Source: an uncultured Actinomycetota bacterium (GTDB taxonomy: Bacteria; Actinomycetota; Actinomycetes; JAFAQI01). Taken from it: a DNA stretch of 64,000 bases. The notes beneath the pieces are model-generated. The model had not been told where the DNA came from. It worked only from the letters and a program-made list of their open reading frames with translations, and ran no database searches. The translations under genes and the position numbers were made by a program. The stretch lies in NCBI GenBank assembly GCA_963789615.1, contig CAWBLI010000005.1, positions 1,693,427 to 1,757,426 of the forward strand, read 5' to 3'. Positions 58,209-64,000 of this stretch are shown here, piece after piece; positions within the stretch are counted from its first letter, which is position 1; every line of letters starts with the position of its first letter.

Positions 58209-59645
58209 GCCAGGGCGGCCGCCCGTCGCCGGAGGACGTCCGCACCGTCGCGATCATCGGGACCGGTGTCATCGGCGCCGGGTGGGCGGCGCACTTCCTG
58301 CGGATGGGCTACGACGTCGTCGCGCTGGGATCCCGGTGCCCGGGCCGAGGAACGGCTCGGCTCGCTGGTTGACACGGCGTGGCCCTCATTGGAGCGGCTC
58401 GGGCTTGCTGATGGTGCGTCGCGTGACCGGCTGCGGTTCTCCGACACGTTGGCGGGTGCGCTCGCCGGCGCGGACTTCGTGCAGGAGTCCGCGCCCGAGG
58501 TGCTCGACGACAAGGTGGCGCTGCTGGCCTCGATCGACGCGGCCACGCCGGCCGGCATGGTGGTGGCGTCGAGCACGTCGGGATTCATGATGAGCGACAT
58601 GGCCGTCGGTACGACGACGCCGGGGCGGTTCGTGGTCGGTCACCCGTTCAACCCGCCGTACCTGATCCCGATCGTCGAGGTCGTCGGCGGCCAGGACACC
58701 GATCCCGACGTGGTCGCGTGGGCGGAGACGTTCTACACGCTGGCCGGCAAGGTGACCCTGACGATGGACCGCGAGGTCCCGGGCTTCGTCGGGAACCGGC
58801 TGCAGGAGGCACTGTGGCGCGAGGCGCTGCACATGATCGACTCCGGCCAGGCGACGGTGCAGCAGATCGACGACTCGATCGCCTACGGCCCGGGGCTGCG
58901 GTGGGCGCTGATGGGGCCGATGCTCACCTTCCACCTGGCCGGCGGCCAGGGTGGCATGGCGCACATGCTGGACCAGTTCGGCCCCGCGCTGCTCGAGCCG
59001 TGGACTCGGCTGACGGCGCCCGAGCTGACGCCGCGGCTGCGGGACCTCGTCGTGGCGGGCGTGGACGAGTCGGTCGGCGACACCACGATCCGCGAGCTGG
59101 AGCAGCAGCGCGACGCGTTCCTCGTCGACCTGTTGCTGTTGCTCGAGAAGTATCGCCGCCGACTGAGCTGCATGCCGGCGCGCCTTACCAGCGGCTACCG
59201 CACCGACGTCCGCGAGGAATGGATCGACTACAACGGCCACCTGCACGACGCCTGCTACGCCATCGTCCTGAGCGAGGCGAACGAAGTGATGTTCGCTGAC
59301 CTCGAGCTCAGCGAGGACTACCGCGTCGAGACCGGTCGGGCGATGTACACGGTCGAGTGCCACATCCGCTTTCTCGCCGAGAGCAAGCGCGGCGACACGC
59401 TGGTCGCGTCGTCGATCCTGGTCAGCGCCGACCCGAAGCGGATGCGAGTGCACACTCTGCTGAGTCTGGACGACGGCACCGCCGTTGCGACCGGCGAGTT
59501 CTTCTACCTGCACGTCGACGAGGCCGCGGGCGGCGTCACGCCGATGCCCGACGACCGATGGGCGCTCGTCGAGGCGCTGCTCAGTGCGCACGCGTCACTG
59601 GAACGACCCGCGCATCTCGGTCGCGGCGTCGCCGCCCCGCGCTAA
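58205..59645 (+). pseudogene. lcdH: L-carnitine dehydrogenase (3-hydroxyacyl-CoA dehydrogenase fold) fused to C-terminal thioesterase, one frame break as assembled
   Basis: The GTG start overlaps the BKACE stop (GTGA). VRTVAIIGTGVIGAGWAAHFLRMGYDVVA, then the break at ~58326, then WDPGARAEERL..FVQESAPE..GHPFNPPYLIPIVEVV..PGFVGNRLQEALWREA, followed by the hotdog domain. Confidence 0.8.
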
Positions 59646-59652
59646 CCCTCGC

Positions 59653-59701
59653 AACTTGTCAGGGCGCTCGGCCCAAACGCAGGCTCAACCGTCCTGACAA
59701 G
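59653..59701 (+). repeat. repeat family 2, copy C1 (ACTTGTCAGG-N29-CCTGACAAGT)
   Basis: acttgtcagggcgctcggcccaaacgcaggctcaaccgtcctgacaagt, 8 nt after the lcdH stop. It has 10-bp perfect terminal inverted arms. Confidence 0.65.
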
Positions 59702-59708
59702 TGGCGGG

Positions 59709-59735
59709 ATGTCGAGGATCCGCGGCCGGCTCCGT
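59709..59735 (+). promoter_or_regulatory. ECF-type promoter candidate TGTCGA-N17-CGTC upstream of the DGPF-sigma operon
   Basis: TGTCGA at 59709-59714 and CGTC at 59732-59735, ~55 nt upstream of the DGPF start. This matches my recollection of the ECF42 autoregulatory motif (-35 TGTCGA, -10 CGTC/CGAC). Confidence 0.45.
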
Positions 59736-59788
59736 CCCCGTCAGTGGACGCGACCACAATGGGTCGCACCAGCACCGAGGAGAACCCG

Positions 59789-60198
59789 ATGGCCAAGTAC
59801 TTGCTGCTCAAGCACTACCGCGGCGCCCCGGCGGCGGTCAACGACGTGCTGCATGGACCAGTGGACGCCGGAGGAGGTCTCGGCGCACATGCAATACATG
59901 AGCGATTTCGCGGACCGGCTCGAGGGAACCGGGGAGTTCGTTGACGGCCAGGCCCTCGCCCCCGACGGGATGTGCGTGCGGTACGACGGCGAGGGTCGGC
60001 CACCGGTCACCGATGGCCCGTTCGCCGAGACCAAGGACCTCATCGCCGGCTGGATGGTGATCGACGTCGACAACCAGGAGCGCGCCATCGAGCTGGCCGG
60101 GCGAGCTCTCGGCCGCTCCAGGGGCGGGCGGGAAGCCGATCCACGAGTGGCTCGAGGTGCGCCCGTTCCTGACCGCGCCACCGACCATCACGGAGTGA
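59789..60198 (+). pseudogene. YCII-related DGPF-domain protein, two frame breaks as assembled
   Basis: RBS GAGGAG. MAKYLLLKHYRGAPAAVNDV, then a break at ~59845, then MDQWTPEEVSAHMQYMSDFADRLEGTGEFVDGQAL..PPVTDGPFAETKDLIAGWMVIDV..AIELAG, then a break at ~60105, then ELSAAPGAGGKPIHEWLEVRPFL. The stop overlaps the sigma start (GTGA). Confidence 0.75.
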
Positions 60199-61354
60199 CC
60201 TCGGAACTGAACGAGGTCCTACTCCGGAGCCTCACGCCGAGCGTGCTCGGGATCCTCGTCCGCCGCGGAGCCGACTTCGCGGCGGCCGAGGACGCCGTAC
60301 AGGACGCGCTGGTCGAGGCGGTCCGCGTCTGGCCGGCCGATCCGCCGCGGGACCCGAAGGGCTGGCTGGTCACCGTGGCCTGGCGCCGGTTTCTCGACGC
60401 GACCCGGGCGGACGCCGCACGTCGTCGGCGCGAAGACCTCGTCGACGAGGAGCCGGCGCCGGGCCCCGCGTCCGGACGGTGGACGACACGCTCCAGCTCT
60501 ACTTCCTGTGCGCTCACCCGTCGCTGACGCCGTCGTCCGCGGTCGCACTCACGCTGCGCGCCGTCGGCGGGCTGACCACCCGTCAGATCGCCCAGGCGTA
60601 CTTGGTGCCCGAGGCGACCATGGCGCAGCGCATCAGCCGGGCCAAGCGCACCGTTTCCGAGCGTGCGCTTCGACCGCCCGGCGACGTCGCCACCGTGCTG
60701 CGCGTCCTCTACCTGGTGTTCAACGAGGGCTACTCCGGCGACGTCGACCTTGCGGCAGAGGCCATCCGGCTCACCCGTCAGCTCGCGGCCTCGATCGACC
60801 ACCCCGAGGTGTCGGGGCTGCTCGCCCTCATGCTGCTCCACCACGCCCGGCGCGCCGCTCGGACCACGCCCGATGGCCGCCTGGTGCCGCTCGCCGAGCA
60901 GGACCGCGGCCGCTGGGACACCACGTCGATCGCCGAGGGAGTCGAGATCCTGCAGGCGGCCCTCGCCCGCGACCGGCTGGGCGAGTTCCAGGCCCAGGCC
61001 GCCATCGCGGCACTCCACGCGGACGCGGCCACCGCCGAGGAGACCGACTGGGTACAGATCGTCGAGTGGTACGACGAGCTCGTGCGCCTGACCGACAGCC
61101 CGGTCGTCCGGCTCAACCGTGCGGTGGCCGTCGGCGAGGCCGACGGGCCGCGGGCCGGCCTGGCGGCGCTCTCGGCGCTGGACGACTCGCTGCCCCGGCA
61201 CACCGCGGTGGCGGCGTACCTCCACGAGCGCGACGGCGACCTGGCGACGGCGGCACGGTTGTACGCCGAGGCGGCGCACAAGGCGCCCAACCTCGCCGAG
61301 CGCGACCACCTGACCCGCCAGGCCGCCCGGCTCAACGCCCGCCAGCCTCGCTGA
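60195..61354 (+). pseudogene. ECF sigma factor with C-terminal TPR-like extension (ECF42-type), one frame break as assembled
   Basis: Region 2 reads AEDAVQDALVEAVRVWP..PKGWLVTVAWRRFLD. After the break at ~60470, region 4 reads LYFLCAHPSLTPSSAVALTLRAVGGLTTRQIAQAYLVPEATMAQRISRAKR. A ~230-aa helical extension follows (FNEGYSG.., RAVAVGEADGPRAGL..). Confidence 0.8.
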
Positions 61355-61380
61355 CGCGCGCCGGCCCCTGCGACCCCGCA

Positions 61381-61430
61381 GACTTGTCAGGGCGCTCGGC
61401 CCAAACCCACGCTCGGGCGTCCTGACCCGT
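61381..61430 (+). repeat. repeat family 2, copy C2 (right arm degenerate)
   Basis: gacttgtcagggcgctcggcccaaacccacgctcgggcgtcctgacccgt, 27 nt after the sigma stop. Confidence 0.65.
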
Positions 61431-61462
61431 TCGGCCGGGCGCATTCGGGGGAAAATGTCGGC

Positions 61463-61849
61463 ATGTCTCGTCGTACGCCGCGCGACTGGCCACCGGGCAA
61501 CAACCTGACCATCGAGCGGCTCGCGTTCCTGGCCGCCCGCCCGCAACTGGTGAAGCGCAGCTCCAGGGGGCTCCCCGGGATTCTCCGGTTCCTTGAGGCC
61601 GCCGGTGGCATGAACGGGGTGCGGATGCGAGCCGGCACGATCTCCTCGGGCGGTTACGTCGGACCGGGCCAGGACCTTCGCAACCACCGGATGGAAGACC
61701 TCGTCGTCGCGTGCGACACGCTTGCCCAGCAGTTACATCCCGAGGACAAGGCGATCCTGCGGATCAGCGGCCGGCTGCCGGACGACTTCTTCGACCGTGT
61801 CGAGGCCGAAGCGACCCGGCTGCACCGCGACAATCACCACGGCAGGTGA
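61463..61849 (+). CDS. hypothetical protein
   Basis: 128 aa with moderately high GC3 and no motif I recognise. It is bracketed by repeat copies C2 and C3. Confidence 0.5.
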   Translation: MSRRTPRDWPPGNNLTIERLAFLAARPQLVKRSSRGLPGILRFLEAAGGMNGVRMRAGTISSGGYVGPGQDLRNHRMEDLVVACDTLAQQLHPEDKAILRISGRLPDDFFDRVEAEATRLHRDNHHGR

Positions 61850-61858
61850 CCGCCGCGG

Positions 61859-61909
61859 ACTTGTCAGGGTGCTCGGCCCAACGCCACGCTCGGGCGTCCT
61901 GACAGGTCA
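61859..61909 (+). repeat. repeat family 2, copy C3
   Basis: gacttgtcagggtgctcggcccaacgccacgctcgggcgtcctgacaggtc, 10 nt after the stop at 61849. Its right arm contains the stop codon of the convergent DUF1003 gene. Confidence 0.65.
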
Positions 61910-62347
61910 GGTGGTGATCGAGTCCTGGCCCGGGCCGCAGGTGCGGTGGTGGATCTCGACGGCCAGCGCATGGATCGCCTTGGTGAGATCGGTGTTGGTG
62001 TGCAGCTCCGACTCCTGCTCGTTGAAGTCGCGATCGGCCTTGGCTTGCTGGAAGTCCGACTGCCGGTTCTGGCCGATCATCACGAACGTCGACAGGAAGA
62101 TGGCTTCCAGCGACACGATGAGCGTCAGCGTCTGCCACGGACTCTTCTCGAGGAAGAGCATCCACAGCGCGAACACCACGATGTGCACGTAGACGAACAT
62201 CATCGAGCCAGCGAACTTCGTGATCCCGTCGGCGACTCGCAGCTGCAGGTCCTGCGCCCGTTTCCGCTCGTGCTCGAGGACGACGGGACTGTGCGGCAGC
62301 GGTGCCGTCTGCGCGGGCGGCGCAGCTGTCGTTGTCGTCTGTGACAT
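61907..62347 (-). CDS. DUF1003 domain-containing membrane protein
   Basis: 146 aa with FAGSMMFVYVHIVVFALWML, two TM helices, then FVMIGQNRQSDFQQAKADRDF, the DUF1003 hallmark. Confidence 0.8.
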   Translation of the reverse strand: MSQTTTTAAPPAQTAPLPHSPVVLEHERKRAQDLQLRVADGITKFAGSMMFVYVHIVVFALWMLFLEKSPWQTLTLIVSLEAIFLSTFVMIGQNRQSDFQQAKADRDFNEQESELHTNTDLTKAIHALAVEIHHRTCGPGQDSITT

Positions 62348-62475
62348 GGGGGTTCTCCTCGGGCCGGGGAATCGGACTCATGATCCCCAACTCGATGCCA
62401 ACTCATGCCACGCCGCGCGGGAGGGTTCGAACCGCGGCAACAGGGGACACCGGCAGGGACGAAAGGTGAGGTGCG

Positions 62476-62676
62476 ATGCTCAGGCTGATCGGGATCTTGC
62501 TCATCATCTGGCTGGCGATCGGCGCGATCGCCGCCGGGCAGCGGCACTACTACAGCGGATCCGCCACCAACTGCGCCAAGAACAGCACCACCGCGGTCAC
62601 GATCGTCGCGGGCCCACTCAACTATGCCGGAGCGAACCCCAAGGTGAAGTGCAAGATCCCGCAGCCCAGCAAGTGA
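62476..62676 (+). CDS. small membrane protein (hypothetical)
   Basis: 66 aa. A strong RBS AAGGTGAGG lies 5 nt upstream. N-terminal TM helix MLRLIGILLIIWLAIGAIAAG. High GC3. Confidence 0.55.
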   Translation: MLRLIGILLIIWLAIGAIAAGQRHYYSGSATNCAKNSTTAVTIVAGPLNYAGANPKVKCKIPQPSK

Positions 62677-62691
62677 CGCCATGATGGGGGC

Positions 62692-64000
62692 ATGAGCGAC
62701 GACGGCGTCCAGTTCAGCCGAGGCCGGCGGTCGACGCAGCAGCTCGACGACGGCACGAGACGTGCTCGCTGCGGCGGTCCGTCCGATCGACGCCGAGCTG
62801 GCCGACCGGATCGAGCGAGAACCCAACTGGCGCAAGACCTATCCCACTCACCTGCGCCGGCTGACCGAAGTCTCCGCCTCGACGGCTGACGCCGGTCACG
62901 TCATCGCTCGCTCGGGCCTCGACGCCTTGCATGCTCGGTTCGAGTTGGTTCGTGACGGCGTACCTCGGCCGTTGCTCGCCGCCGTTGCGGACGACGAGCC
63001 GCGGCCGGTCGACACCGAAACGGTTGTCGGCACCGGCACACCACCGAGCGAGCTCGTCGTACCGCTCGGATCGCAGCGGCTGCGCGGCCAGGCGCTGCGC
63101 GACCGCGTCGACGACTGGGTACGACGAGGCCTGGTCGAGCCGTCATTCGCGACCGCGATCCATCAGGTCATCGACCATCCCGAGTGGCTCGACCTCTCCG
63201 GCCGCACGTTCGCCCTGCTCGGTGGCGGCGGCGAGATGTCGCCGCTGTCCTCCCTGCTCGACTGGGGTGCCGACGTCGCTGTCGTCGACCTACCGCGCGC
63301 CGACATCTGGCGACGCATCATCGACCTGGCCAAACGAGGACCGGGACGCCTCCAGATTCCCGTCATGCCGACCCGGGCCAAAGCCACTGACCTCGAAGAC
63401 CGAGCCGGCATCGACCTGCTCGTCGACGCACCGGCGGCCCGGCAGTGGATCGCGCACCTTCCCGGGCCGTTGGTGCTCGGCAACTACGCGTACGCCGATG
63501 GGGCCAGCTTCGTGCGGGTCGCGATGGCCGCCGACGCCATCGCCGCGACACTGCTCGACCAACGCGACGACGTCTCGCTCGCCTACCTGGCGACGCCGAC
63601 GGATGTGTTCGCCGTACCGCCCGAAGTGGTCGCGGACGCCCGGGCCCGAGTCGCCACGACGAGCGCGGTGTGGCGGATGCTGGATTCACCGATGCGGATG
63701 GGTACAGCCGGCCGCGCCTTCGTGCCGCACTACCGCTCGACGGTGAAGGACAGCAGCGGCCGCGAGCTCGGTGTCGCCGACACCCTGATCGTGCAGCAGG
63801 GGCCGAACTACGCGCTGGCGAAACGGCTGCAGCGCTGGCGCGCCATCACCGCGCGGTACGACGGTGTCTGGTCGTCGGCACACATCGCGCCGCCGAGCCG
63901 GACCAAATCGGTGACCAAGAACCGCATCCTCGGCGCGGCCTACACCGGCTCGTCGCGGCTCGGCGTCGAGGCGTTCGAGCCGGCGACCTCCAGCGTGCTG
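62692..64000 (+). pseudogene. hypothetical protein, 5' frame break as assembled, continues beyond right edge
   Basis: A stop-free frame runs from 62695 to the window end. It reads ..DVLAAAVRPIDAELADRIEREPNWRKTYPTHLRRL..FALLGGGGEMSPLSSLLDWGADVAVVDLPR..LIVQQGPNYALAKRLQRWRAI... It has no stop, so it is not in the ORF track. The only ATG plus context (62692, MSDDGVQFS..) is one frame off, with the junction at ~62755. A GTG at ~62759 is an alternative start. Confidence 0.5.

Noticed and set aside
59653-61909. Could the three ~50-bp repeats be a CRISPR array?
   Set aside because: The spacings are ~1.7 kb and ~0.45 kb and contain ordinary genes. The repeats are imperfect and sit at gene 3' ends, and there are no cas genes. 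This is not CRISPR.
1-64000. Mobile genetic element, prophage, defence island or biosynthetic gene cluster
   Set aside because: I could read no integrase, transposase, recombinase, phage structural genes, restriction/Cas/Abi multi-gene sets, PKS/NRPS or RiPP genes. The only defence-like hint is the single NTase-fold ORF, reported separately with low confidence.
1-64000. tRNA, rRNA or other structured RNA genes
   Set aside because: No cloverleaf-compatible 70-90-nt segments or rRNA-like conserved stretches turned up while reading the intergenic regions. The intergenic hairpins are reported as repeats or terminators instead.

Overview
High-GC (~70%) actinobacterial chromosome segment, gene-dense. 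I found no rRNA, tRNA, CRISPR array, transposase or integrase. Most of the window encodes catabolism of choline-type and related amine osmolytes, in five blocks. (i) 1-8.3 kb: a gamma-glutamylation cluster (GlnA4-like synthetase, GntR, PuuD-like hydrolase, ALDH) with a DMGDH-like FAD-GcvT fusion, a choline/ethanolamine-kinase-family gene and an APC permease. (ii) 15.8-24.3 kb: betA, a dimethylglycine oxidase/dehydrogenase-like gene, etfBA and a TIGR03767-type metallophosphoesterase in one apparent operon, with a divergent IclR. (iii) 27.8-35.5 kb: a Rieske oxygenase coupled to L-serine dehydratase, a separate ferredoxin / ferredoxin-reductase / DksA-like / FAD-oxidase operon, and betB. (iv) 39.5-46.3 kb: choline-sulfatase betC behind a Dpp-type ABC importer. 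(v) 50.5-59.6 kb: a carnitine / gamma-butyrobetaine-type CoA pathway (BKACE, carnitine dehydrogenase-thioesterase fusion, CaiD-like hydratase, two acyl-CoA dehydrogenases, ADP-forming CoA ligase, IclR). Interspersed are secreted glycoside-hydrolase and EEP genes (9.4-15.2 kb), ArsR/SRPBCC/MFS modules, an ECF42-type sigma factor with its DGPF partner, and several unknowns. Four structural signals stand out. About 30 single-nucleotide reading-frame breaks interrupt 17 otherwise well conserved genes, 13 of them within 50.5-53.7 kb. Two families of conserved 3'-end hairpin repeats are present. An ATACGCAACA-like box is shared by four promoter regions of the choline/betaine genes. A chimeric gene remnant lies at 38.4-38.6 kb. 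All functional calls come from reading translated ORFs against remembered family motifs; no database search was possible.
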